From assembly GCF_006345805.1 (NCBI RefSeq), contig NC_043004.1, positions 13,826,001 to 13,890,000 of the forward strand: a stretch of 64,000 nt of DNA. Reading direction: 5' to 3'. The notes under the pieces are model-generated. The model had not been told where the DNA came from, did no database searches, and saw only the letters and a program-made list of their open reading frames with translations. A program made the translations under genes and the position numbers. The DNA comes from Octopus sinensis (Eukaryota). Positions 36,891 through 49,849 of this stretch are shown piece by piece (the first letter of the stretch is position 1; every line of letters begins with the position of its first letter).

Positions 36891-37549
36891 ACACAGAAAC
36901 TTGTAGCTATAGACATATATTTATTGAAATTTTCACTGTCTACATATCAGAGATGAGCTGTTAATAAGATTAAAATTTTCCGGAATAATATATTATTAAC
37001 TTTATATTTATAGGATATTGATTTTTTTTTTAAATACTGCTATTACTTTGCCGGTCTCTGCTGTTGGAACGAAGTCACACTGTGCTACCAAATGATTAAC
37101 TTCATTTATATTGTCCCAGTATTTATTTCCACGTTGTCGTGAAACAAAATGCATAAATATTTAAAGGGAGATAAACTAATGTAACAGATTTATAACGAAA
37201 TATTGTTCGAGGAACAAGAAACCCCTGATCTTATGAAAATAGCAGCTGAATTTTCCTCAGATCACACTCTGCCATCTTAAAAAATTATATTTTGAATAAT
37301 GTGGTCTTAGGTTACATGCCTATAAGGAAAAAGACTGAATGACAAGAGCTAGATTATATTTAAACATAGGTTGGCTGGATCTGAGTTGACCTGAGTGTAA
37401 ACATCAATCACGCAACTATGGAGGATTTTTGAATCGATGGATCCACGTCCGGCATAATTAACATTTTAAAATCTTTGGTCCAATTCCCATTGAGGATGTC
37501 TGAGTCGATGATTTAGTGGATATAGACACTGTTATAATTTATCGTTAGA

Positions 37550-38650
37550 TAGGCGGCGAGCTGGCTGAATCGGCAACATGCCGGGCAAAAAGCTTAACAC
37601 CATTTCGTCCGTCTTCATGTTCTGAGTTCAAATTCCGCCGAGGTCGGCTTTGCCTTTTATCATTTCGGGGCCGATAAATTAAGTACCAGTTGCGTACCGG
37701 GGTCGATGTAATCGATTGGCGCCTGACCCCAAAATTTCGGGCCTTGTACTTAGAGTCGAAAAGATTATACAGGCGGCGAGCTGGCTGAATCGTTAACATG
37801 TCGGGCTAAAAGCTTAGCAGTATTTCGTCCGTCTTAACGTCCTGAGTTCAAATTCCGCCTGGGTCGACTTCGCCTTTCAACCTTTTGAGATCGAGAAATT
37901 AATTACCAGTAAAATACTGGGGTCGATGTGATCGATTTACCTCCTCCCTCAAAATTTCAGGCCTTGTGCCTACAGTAGAAAAGATAATTTCTTTATTATT
38001 ATCAGATTTGAATGCGAAGTTTCTTCTTCGAATGCAGTCGGTTGATATATATTCTGTTGGAACACTAGAAGAGACATTGATGACGATCTGTATTCAAGCG
38101 GATTGAAATGAAGTGTAGAGGTAAATGTTACAAATACATGCTTTAAAACCGAATCTATTAGTTTGGTAATTGTTACGCCATATTATGTCGAAAACCAGAA
38201 TTTTAATATTGATTTCAAATTTTGGCACAGTGCCATGAAGTTCTAGGGAGGGGATACGTCGATGACATGAACCATAGTGTTTCACTGGTACTTCAGCAGA
38301 AAGGATTATTATAAAGCAGCTACAAGGCAACGAGCTGACAAAATCATTAGCACAAGAACAAAATGTTTTAAAAAACGTTTGTGTGTGTGTGTTTGTGGAG
38401 ATATTTTCATGTATGTAATGAGGAAGCTGATCACCGTTTTTTATGATATTGGTTTCAAAATTTTACATAAACCCAGCAATTTTGAAAGAAGAAGTAAAAG
38501 CAGTGTTCAACTGATATTTATTTTATCGACCTGAAAAAAATGAAAGGCTACGTCGACCTTGGCGGAATTTGAACACAGAACGTAAAGACGGACGAAATGC
38601 CGTTAAGCATTTTGCCTAGGGTGCCAATAATTATGCCAGCACTATGCTTT
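37550..38650. mobile_element. SINE family B copies (plus 37550-37985, minus 38205-38650)
   Basis: GGCGGCGAGCTGGCTGAATCG heads and the conserved body. Confidence 0.8.
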
Positions 38651-39089
38651 CTAGAACTCAAAATACCAAAATATTCTTAACAACACTACGGGAATATCTA
38701 TGCCAAATCTGAGTTGCTTCAACTGGATATCATCTTAAGAGGCTTTTTGCAGTTTCAAACATAATATATGGAATTTGTTCCATTCTGGTTTCGAAATGTG
38801 TTTCTCAGACTGTCCGCATATCATGTGTAGAACGCAAAAACATTTTAGCTTCCGTATAGGATTGAAACCTGCCACAACAGCTCATCCAACAAAGTGCTCA
38901 CAGGTGGTACTAAATCAGGTCGCAAACTCTATTACGCAGTTGCACACGCTCACACACGCTCACACACGCTCATACACACACACAACAAACACATGCAAGC
39001 CCCCACACACATATACACACAAGTACACACAAGCACATAAGCACACGCATACACATGTATACACACATAACACAAGCTCTGACTGTCTG

Positions 39090-39127
<38 letters not shown>

Positions 39128-39579
39128 ACAAACCCACTCACAAAACAAACACATGCATACACACGTGCACACATACATACACACACACACTTACACCATA
39201 CATACAAGCACATGCGCACAGATATGCATACATACTCACACAATACACTCTCTCTCGTTCACTCTCTCTCTCTCATTCACACACACACACAAACACACAC
39301 ACACACACATGGAAAATAAATCTCATTCACACACAAACGCCATCACGCATATGTACACACAAATGCCATCAGACTTACACCAAAAGCATAAGAGTATGAG
39401 AGGGAAAGCTGAGTGATTTAATAATTTGCCCGCTTTTGCACCAAAACATGGCATTAAGGTTAAATCATTCGGAAGCATTTGACCTGGTCTTTTACTTTCG
39501 TTTTTCCCACCCTTCCTTTCTACAGTCTTTGAGTCACAGGAAAAGGTCATGTTGGCTATCCATTCTTTTCTAATTCAAA

Positions 39580-39581
39580 TG

Positions 39582-39617
<36 letters not shown>

Positions 39618-39650
39618 TATATATATAATATATATACATATATATATATA

Positions 39651-39697
<47 letters not shown>

Positions 39698-39735
39698 ATA
39701 TATATATATGTATATATATATATAATATATATATA

Positions 39736-39772
<37 letters not shown>

Positions 39773-39885
39773 GTCTATATCTGTATAAATATATATGTAT
39801 AGGCATGTGTCAATCTATATATATATATATGCATATATATATGTATATATATATATATCTATATATATATATATTATATATATAT

Positions 39886-39921
<36 letters not shown>

Positions 39922-40107
39922 CACGCATACATACATGTATACATATATATATATTACACATGTATACATATACATACACATGTATATGTGTGTATGTGTA
40001 TGGTCCATATGATTATATATACATATACACATATATATAGGGATAAATATATATAGATTGACACATGCATATAAATATATATTATACATATATAGACGTA
40101 TGTATAA

Positions 40108-40138
<31 letters not shown>

Positions 40139-40164
40139 GCATATGTATATATATACATATATAT

Positions 40165-40199
<35 letters not shown>

Positions 40200-40792
40200 G
40201 CAAACATTATATATATATACATATATATATACATATTTACACATACACACATATAAAATATCTATCTATATATATACATATATATACATAAATATCTATA
40301 CATACATATATATGCATACGTACATATATATGTATGTATATGTGTATATATGCGTGGGTGTGCCTGAGTGTGTCTGTGTGTCTGTATGGAAGCATATAAA
40401 TATAATCTATTTTTCAAATACATAATTTTCCTAGACAATAACTTTAACGATCACGCTCAACTCAAACATCAAATACAAGACAATGTAACACTGTCTGTGA
40501 TAATACTTACAAGAAAAGTCATCTATTTTATCTTCTCATTCAATCAAACTACAGAAAATTAAGTCCCGTTATTCATAGATGCATCTACCACGAGTGTACA
40601 AAATGTTGTTCAGTATATTAAGTAAGCCGTCTGCAAACATGTCTCTCAAGAAGATACGTACGAAAATAACTCTCTGTTGGTTGTGTCTACCTCCGTTCTG
40701 ATCTTTCCTTTCTATTTCCCAGTCCTGCAGCATCCCACTCACGCGTGTTATGTATGTATATATATATATGTATGTATGTGTATATATATATA

Positions 40793-40849
<57 letters not shown>

Positions 40850-41127
40850 TAGTGTGTATTTATATGTATGTATATTTATGTATGTATGTATCTGTATACA
40901 CATATATATATAATTTGAATGTATATATGTATGTATATATATATATATATATATAAGTGTATATTATATATGTATATGTCTATATATATATATATAACAT
41001 ACATACATACATATATATATATATGCATATATATATGTATAGACACATATATTGATATACTTGTATATATATATACATATATATATATATAATATATATA
41101 TATATATGTATATATTTATATATATAC

Positions 41128-41164
<37 letters not shown>

Positions 41165-41663
41165 TAAAGATACAAACACACACATATATATATACATAAA
41201 TTTACATACACACACATATATATATATCTACAGACTCACATTTATATGATATATAAATGTATATATATTCATATATATATATATTATATATATATATATG
41301 TCACTCCTTGTATACATGTATCTGTATATAAGTGTTTATAAATATTTATATATACGTACATATGTATCTATATATGATTTAGAATCTATATATATAATAA
41401 ATGTGTTTATATAATCAGATGTGTGTTTGTTTTTGTATGTAATCTCTCTCGAGCAATATCACCATTCAAAGAAATGTAAAACCGATTTGATATTTAACTC
41501 CATTCCTTTTTATCTTAGATTATTGCTTTCTCATACATACAAACACACATTTATATATATATATATATATATTTGTGTGTGAGTATACACATATATACAC
41601 GCGTATATAAGTGTTGTTATGTATAAAAATGAATATAGACGTGTATACATATAAATAATATAT

Positions 41664-41700
<37 letters not shown>

Positions 41701-41720
41701 CATATATCATATATCATATA
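39580..41720. repeat. Extensive (TA)n/(TATG)n/(TG)n microsatellite field
   Basis: Direct reading; accounts for all ORFs listed in 39.8-41.3 kb. Confidence 0.9.
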
Positions 41721-42543
41721 CATATATATATTTGATGCTGCATAGGTATATGGCAGTAAATCTCATGTGGTTAGTCTCTTTCATTTTTCATGACTTCCGG
41801 CTGGCACCGGAAATTATATTGGTATATATTGAGATAGTCTCGAGAAAATATCCTACACTGATATGTAAAAAGTCATTTAGCTCTGATAAAAAATAATATA
41901 AAGAGAACAAAGATACGAAAAGGATACGCATAGAAGAATTACAAAAATGGAAAGAAAGATAAACACAAAAGCAAAAACAAAAAACAACTGTGTACAGTGT
42001 AATTTTGATATCGTCTTTGGTGGACACAGGCAAAAATACTTAAACAAATAGATATTTTTTTTTCTTTTCGTAAAGATTTCATGATAAAAGTCATAAACTG
42101 GAAAATATATAAACGTATCTATATATATATATACATATCTATGTACGTATAGATCTGTGTCTTTGAAGTTGTACATTTTAAAGTATATTATTGTAACTAC
42201 TGAGTTTGTTGGATGCCTGAAATAAGACCTAATAGAAGTTTTTTATTTTTTAAAACAGTTTACATTAAATGTCTGGCTCCTCCTCGCTTCATGTTTGGTC
42301 GAAGGTCCCACCACGATAACTAGCTCTCTTCCACAATATAAGACAAGTTATCTAACTTATGTTTTCTAAGTACTCCGATTGGAGGGGAAGAATATGATCT
42401 GTCGAAGCCATATTTCACCACTTTATTTCTTAATGTTTCAATAAAGATCTGTGGCGCAGAACAAATATCATGTATATATGTATGTCCGTACGTACTTGTG
42501 TGTGTGTATCTATCTATATATACATATATATGCATATATGGGT

Positions 42544-42579
<36 letters not shown>

Positions 42580-42761
42580 TGAATGAATTATCCTAGTATG
42601 GATAATTCGGTTAACCGATACCCGGGTAGCAAATTCACGTCAGAAAACAAGGTTGAAGCTACATGCCAAGGGCAGAGATCACGTGCTTTCGTGTGGAAAT
42701 TTGTGTGCTTTTTTTTTAACTATAAATAAATGAGAGAATGGACTCGAACGACGATTTAACA

Positions 42762-42864
42762 AAATTCCTTTATTCTCGACATATGTTTCGAAGACTGCAT
42801 ATTCCTAATTCCGAAGGAATAAAGGGTGCATTATGCGCTTCTCATCAGGAAAGACAAGGAACTT
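42762..42864 (-). ncRNA. Type I hammerhead with extended stem II (left arm; second copy 43603-43706)
   Basis: Reverse complement of the 42924-43028 motif with a 2-nt loss in stem II. Confidence 0.75.
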
Positions 42865-42923
42865 ATGTCAGCATCATGACGAACAAAACTTTTAGATGTT
42901 TTTGTTCGTCATGATGCTGACAT

Positions 42924-43028
42924 AAGTTCCTTGTCTTTCCTGATGAGAAGGCGGCATAATGCACCCTTTATTCCTTCGGAATTAGGAATATGCAGTCTTC
43001 GAAACATATGTCGAGAATAAAGGAATTT
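42924..43028 (+). ncRNA. Type I hammerhead with extended stem II (right arm; second copy 43766-43870)
   Basis: AAGTTCCTT-GTC-TTTC-CTGATGA-GAAGGC...GTCTTC-GAAAC-ATAT-GTC-GAGA-ATA-AAGGAATTT; stem I has an internal loop, helix III is the palindrome ACATATGT, GUC at 43010-43012. Confidence 0.85.
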
Positions 43029-43090
43029 TATTAAATCGTCGTTCGACTCCATTCTCTCATTTATATATATATATATATTTATTTTATAGA

Positions 43091-43190
43091 AGGAGCTTCT
43101 ACAGGACTAGAACTGTTTCATTCAAAAGAAATCATCAGGAAGCTTCCTGATGATTTTTTTGAATGAAACAGTTCTAGTCCTGTAGAAGCT
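43091..43190. ncRNA. Two overlapping back-to-back hammerheads sharing the palindrome AGGAAGCTTCCT (second pair at 43937-44039)
   Basis: Plus strand: CTGATGA 43147-43153, GAAAC 43165-43169, GTA 43182-43184, GAAGCT. The minus strand mirrors it with stem II TTTC TTTT GAAT. Confidence 0.7.
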
Positions 43191-44419
43191 CTTCTATAAA
43201 ATAAATTAATTTACTCTGCTATGTATTGAGTACCTTATTTACTGTGGTTAACCCCGACTCAACCCGGGAGCTACATATATATATATATATATAATATATA
43301 TATATAACATCTGAGCGCTATACTAATACATTTGTTTGTTTGTACTCCACCTGCCTTCGTCTTTTGTTTATTTTCGTAAACTTTCCCGCTATATATATAT
43401 ATATTATATATATAAGTAGTTGAATGAATTATCCTAGTATGGATAATTCGGTTAACCGATACCCGGGTAGCAAATTCACGTCAGAAAACAAGTTTGAAGC
43501 TACATGCCAAGGGCAGAGATCACGTGCTTTCGTGTGGAAATTTGTGTGCTTTTTTTTTAACTATAAATAAATGAGAGAATGGAGTCGAACGACGATTTAA
43601 CAAAATTCCTTTATTCTCGACATATGTTTCGAAGACTGCATATTCCTAATTCCGAAGGAATAAGGGTGCATTATGCCGCCTTCTCATCAGGAAAGACAAG
43701 GAACTTATGTCAGCATCATGACGAACAAAACTTTTAGATGTTTTTGTTCGTCATGATGCTGACATAAGTTCCTTGTCTTTCCTGATGAGAAGGCGGCATA
43801 ATGCACCCTTTATTCCTTCGGAATTAGGAATATGCAGTCTTCGAAACATATGTCGAGAATAAAGGAATTTTATTAAATCGTCGTTCGACTCCATTCTCTC
43901 ATTTATATATATATATATATTTATTTATTTTATAGAAGGAGCTTCTACAGGACTAGAACTGTTTCATTCAAAAGAAATCATCAGGAAGCTTCCTGATGAT
44001 TTTTTTGAATGAAACAGTTCTAGTCCTGTAGAAGCCCCTTCTATAAAATAAATTAATTTACTCTGCTATGTATTGAGTACCTTATTTACTGTGGTTAACC
44101 CCGACTCAACCCGGGAGCTACATATATATATATATATATAATATATATATATAACATCTGAGCGCTATACTAATACATTTGTTTGTTTGTACTCCACCTG
44201 CCTTCGTCTTTTGTTTATTTTCGTAAACTTTCCCGCTATATATATATATATATATATACAGAGAGAGAGAGAGAGAGAGAGAGATACTTACATGTAAACA
44301 TACATTTTATATACATACAAATGTACGTGTTTATATATGCACACACACAAAACACGTGCACACACATACACTTAAATATAGGCACACACACATACATATA
44401 CAAATAGGTGAGCATGTTC

Positions 44420-45850
44420 GTAGCCAGAAATTTTCTTATAAATTGCAATGTATCTGCAAGTATTTACCGATTCCATTGTTAAATATGCCAATGCGCTACC
44501 ACAGTGAAATATATTTCTTTCCGAGACACTTATAAATCTCTCTGAAACTATTAATATAGGATTGTCTGTATTATAATGAATAAATCGATGTTTGTATTTC
44601 TTCATGTTACTACCATTTAAACTCCAGTAATATTTGGTTAATGAAATACGACGGTAATTTCTTAGTTTCTGGGGAATAAATGTCTGCACGAATTCACAAA
44701 TTCCGTTTTACTATTAAATATTCTATACGATAAAACTAACATAGTATTTGAAAGGGGTTTTTGACCAGTACTATCATGATTTCTGTTTCATTGTCATCAG
44801 CAAGGTAGATTAGCTCGTTAAATCAATGCATTGGAAAATCTGTTTTGATGGAGCAAATATTACTGTTGTTTCTATTCCGTAGGGGAGAGAGATTTTGCAA
44901 ATTCTTACTGGAAGGGATTCTTCTGTTTACTGGCTTAGGAGACATGTTTTGGAGATGTAGTGCACCATAATATCCCAACAGTTTTAATTAAAGGTCATAT
45001 TATATGCGTTGTCTATTGAGAAGTGTTTATTTAAAATGCTTAGGAAAATTTAAACTACAAAAACAAAAACGTAAAACGTCTATAGTATTTTGTTGTTTAT
45101 TTCTGTTAGAATTATTAATTTTGCTCCATATGCATTCTAAATTTGATGCAGCTTTTATCAAATGCTTCATTATGATAATATACAAGATGGAGAAGGACAT
45201 TCTCCTTTTTGGATAAGTTGTATAAACGATTACTAATATTAATACGTTTCTATTTATGGATATTGGGGATAGCCTGATTTTATTATAATATAATGCAATT
45301 TCTCGTTACAGTGTTGAAACTAGGTAGGACGTTGAAAAACTGTTTGTAAAAACAAGAACCGGATAGTTGCAAAATCGTGAGAAGCACTGCTTTAGGGAGG
45401 TGTGACCTATCGAGCAGCTGTTTTTGCTAAAGAGTGGAACCGGTCTCCAAAACCTTCATTAAGATTAGTAAGACAAAAACGACAGAGAATATTGAATATT
45501 GCTGTCATCTTTAGACTGGGGCCTCCTCTGCGTGTCATTAGCTGTTTGGTTGAATTCAGAATGGAATTGTTAGCATAATGAGTTTCCTTCTTTCTACTAG
45601 GATGCAGTCTTTGTCTCACCGTCGAAATGTATCTTTGTTCAGTCTTTCCTATACGTAATTCCATTCATTCTTCTGATGAACTTTCTGGTCTAGTATCCTC
45701 TGTCAAGACCTTCAAACGTATCTTCCTAGGCACATCTGTTGAGCTTCTTAGGCATAAGTCATTTTATTCTAATAGTTCGTTTCCTCGAAACTCTGCTTCC
45801 AGTAACTTACTGTCATTGCCTTGTTTTCCTCTAGGTTATGATATTTAAAA
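44420..45850 (-). pseudogene. Highly decayed L1/Tx1-like reverse transcriptase region
   Basis: Fragmentary minus-strand translations GGPSLKMTAIFNILCRFCLTNLNEG (cf. WRPISLLNxDYKILxKxLANRL) and YLADDN (cf. F/YADD). Confidence 0.45.
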
Positions 45851-46522
45851 CTTTAAGCTTTTCGTCAGTTTATTTTCCTTTTTTTGCTGTCGCTTACCCT
45901 TAGTGGTCTCGAGATGTGCTTAGGACAAAATCATGAAAAGCATATTTATGCGATGCCTAATGCTGTCTTTAAATTTGTGGATGGATTCGCAAAGCGAATT
46001 CACAGTTTATACACGAGACAGGAACAGACAAAATAAATCTTCAGACTCTTCCACTCTATGTTTAATAGATTTTGTGTTGACAATATTATTCAGCAACCGA
46101 ACAAATCAAATAAAGAACGATCAAATAAAGATGAATTGCAGAAAAAAAGAATCATATTTAAATAAATACATTCTATTTCTTTATAGTATTTGTTAGCAAA
46201 GACTGCCCGTATAAAATATATCTCATCTTATTACAATACTTCGTCTATTTCTTTTGTCATATATTCAGTTTTGTTTATTTCAACCCATCTTTTCTCTCTC
46301 TCTCTTTCTCTGCTGCAGTTTACATGACAGAAGAAGAAAAAACAAAATCAATAAATACTTGTCTCTATCTTTCCATTATTCCATTTCTACCGGGTTGTTT
46401 TCTTTAATGATTAATTAATTTTTTTTTATTCTTGATCAAAGACGAAACTGATTTTATAGGGAAGCGGAAAAATTGTATTTATCGGACTTGTATTGTATTT
46501 GAGGTAAATAAAGAAGTTGTTG

Positions 46523-46566
<44 letters not shown>

Positions 46567-46639
46567 TTATTATTATTATTATTGCTTTTACTCGAAGATA
46601 CTGTATGCTACATTAATTTAAAAGGAAGCTATCTTGAGG

Positions 46640-47420
46640 TTTGGTGACAACCAGTCTCGGCCATTCTGAAGAATAAATGATTCCACTTTTCTGCAGAATG
46701 GTAATGCGGCTCTCCCTTCCAGTATCATTTCAGCCTCTTGGGTAGGAGTTTGGTTGTTGAGCCAAGTGTGCCAATTACCACAGGTGTAAATAACATCTTT
46801 CTACATTCCTTTTGCTCCTCCGGCAATAGATTCTTCTTCTCCAGAGAGCTTTACACTTTATCTGCTATGAAGTCAGTTAATAATTTCCAGATGGTAGACC
46901 AGTTATAGGTCTATAACAACTGACTTCCCTTCCCTTTTCTTCGACCTTCTGTATTAGTCACTTCTTTTGTCACCTATATTCTATAGTCAGTAAATGGTTG
47001 TATATACTTGGAAGATATTTGAGTCAGAATCTCGGTACATCATCTTTCTAATTTGATATTTTCTTAAGTTTCACTTTCCCCTTCTTAACTGTATTGTTTT
47101 TAGTTCTTATTGTTTTGCTCTATTTTTCATTTCACTTTTAAATTTCCATAACCAGTCCGCTTTCATATTAGTTTGAATCAGTTTATTCCAAATATTTGCC
47201 CAGAGGTTTCTTACTTCAGCTTGTGGCTCATCATTTCCCTGAGGTTCATCCTGATTGTCCAACTGTTGGTAAAATTTCATTTCATTGTTTCTGAAGAGCC
47301 TTTTCTGTTGATATAGGTTTATTCTTTGTTGGTACCTTTTTTTTCTACCTGGTATTGCCTTAGGTTTTTGCCATACCTCATCTTTAACTACCTGTAATTC
47401 CTTGTGTTTTATGTTGTATT
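46640..47420 (-). pseudogene. R4/Dong-like (RLE-type) non-LTR retrotransposon remnant with a large internal deletion
   Basis: YQQRINLYQQKRLFRNNEMKFYQQL...NLWANIWNK...KADWL; STIWKLLTDFIADKV*SSLEKKNLLPEEQKECRK is joined directly to MLFTPVVIGTLG; an (AAT)n tract follows the 3' end at 46525-46580. Confidence 0.75.
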
Positions 47421-47550
47421 TTGTTTGTGTTGTGTGTACGCTCCCAGACGATGAAGTAGGCTAGCCCAATAAGTAGATATAGAAGGAGAAGAAGTCTAGA
47501 CGTCAAGGTAGACTAGAACAGAGTAGAGTGGAGCAGAGTTGAGTAGCGGT

Positions 47551-47602
<52 letters not shown>

Positions 47603-49477
47603 TTGAGTAGAGGTCATCCGAACGTGCGACATAACAGTGGCAACGAGGATGAGATGTTCACGCAGCCACTGTGTAGTATTGCGATATGACAGTTTGCAGC
47701 TCGTCCGAATGTACATGAACATATTAAACGTGACTGTACATAACTATTGAAATAATTTTCTCGTTGAACATAGACAACTGAGTACCAGTAATAAGCGCAT
47801 CATGTGAGAGATAAAAGAAGGAAGGGTATTAAAGCAAATGAAATATTAATAAATTAATAAATTTTGTTTTTGCCCACGTACTTCGTAGACTTTTAACACC
47901 TAAGTCGAGGAAAGATGGACTACATCGTTGAAATTGTAAATGGTTTCCATGGCTGGTGGGGCGAAGGGCGAAGATATCCTCAGAGTAGAAATCTAGCTCG
48001 AATGCTTTCAGCATAAATAAATTTACCAAAAGTACCCGAAGATCAAGTGGCAGTGTTAAACCAGTAGACTGTTTATGTCGAGCCAAGGAAAGAATGTCTT
48101 GCTCTGGTAAGTTTTCCCCTACTTCTGGCCACCAAATTTCATTTATATGATTTGGTATTGAACCTAAGACCATGTTGTTTCGAAACGAATTTCCTACGCT
48201 TCCCAATCAACTTAGACGCAGACTGTTATGAATGATTAAACGATTATGAGAGACACAGAAAAAGATTTCTGTGAAAATAAAGAAGTATAAACACCTTGAA
48301 TAATTCAGCATCTAAGCATAAGCGTGTCTGTTGAGCAAGATGACTGTTTTCCAGCTCTACGCTTTCGGCTTCAGTCGCACTGCTCGGCACCTTGAGAAAG
48401 TGTTTTTTACTTTAGACCCAGTATGTAGGTAAGTATGTATGTATATGTGACTGGATGCAGGCATGCATGTGGGTCTGGGTGTATGTGTGTGAGTCCTTGT
48501 ATTTCTCTCAGCTCCACACAAAACTTAACAACTAGTGTTGGCTTGGTTACGTTTCCGTAACTTGGCGGTTCGATAAAAAGACCGACAGAACGAATAACGG
48601 ACCTTAACAAAGTTAAGTACTCGGAGTCTATTTGTGCGAGTAAAGCTCTTCCAGGAGGTGTCTCCGTATGACTGCCGTACAATGACAGAAATATTGAAAA
48701 GGTAAACATCCATGAATAATATGTTACTGGAACTGAATACGATTCAATAGAACATGTAGGACATGAGCTACGCAATATTCGTGCAAAATGAGTAAAGAAC
48801 AACGAGGATTTTAACAGACTTTATGTAAGGGTTTTACAAGATAGTTAAAATAGTGGGATCAGGGTTCATAACATATTTATCGTCCGGTATTAGTGAGTGA
48901 AACAAAGATGTGGTCGTTGTTAGAACTGAAAAAAAATGTGATCCGATTTCCGTGGAAAAAGAAAAAGCTGGTTGAAATCCAGAGCGTTTCGTTTCTGGAG
49001 AAGAACGTTAGCTGCGGGTACTAAGAGGTAGAACAGAGGTATAGACAGAACATTGTATATGTTTGTCACCATGGGTGTTAAAACTTGCAGCTTACTATCT
49101 GAAGGGGTGCAGAGTTAAGTAGCTGGGTGATTGAAGAGTTATAGAGAAGACATTATGAACTCTGGAACCAGTATGAAGTATGATGTTGAATCAAATTATC
49201 TGGGTGGTTTCTCTATTAATCTAGCTACAAACACTTACGAATACATACACAAATATATAGATTCATACTTATTTATATGTGTAGCTATGATCTGTTTGCA
49301 TCTACACGCAGATATGTGTATGTATGTATATACATGTGTATGTGTGTGTATGTGTGTATGCGTGTGTGTGCATGTATCTGTGTTTGTATTTATATATCAT
49401 ACATACGTACATACATACATACATACATACATACATACATACATACATACATACATACATACATACATACATACATG

Positions 49478-49518
<41 letters not shown>

Positions 49519-49634
49519 GCACAAACTCAGATACACGCACACCTCATATATATATATATATGTATATATAAATATCTTTACATATATATGAATATATATA
49601 CATATCCATAATATACATGTACAAACATACACAC

Positions 49635-49689
<55 letters not shown>

Positions 49690-49849
49690 CACCTAAATAT
49701 GTGTATGTGTGTGTGTGAGTGTGCATCTAAACACACTCATACAAACACATATAACTCTGATAATTTGAATATTCACCGGAATAAAAATGAATATTCAAAA
49801 CTGTTATTCTTCTAACACAGAATAGATGTGACAGTAGTGCTTCATTTCT

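Larger units (their letters stand above)
42575..44250. repeat. Tandem duplication of an approximately 840-bp unit containing two hammerhead palindromes
   Basis: GTAGTTGAATGAATTATCCTAGTATGG at about 42575 and 43416; the internal content repeats almost exactly. Confidence 0.92.

Noticed and set aside
42256-42448. Possible minus-strand exon (acceptor TTTGTTCTGCGCCACAG)
   Set aside because: Stops early, the donor is weak and there is no recognisable product; the same applies to a candidate at 10760-10927.
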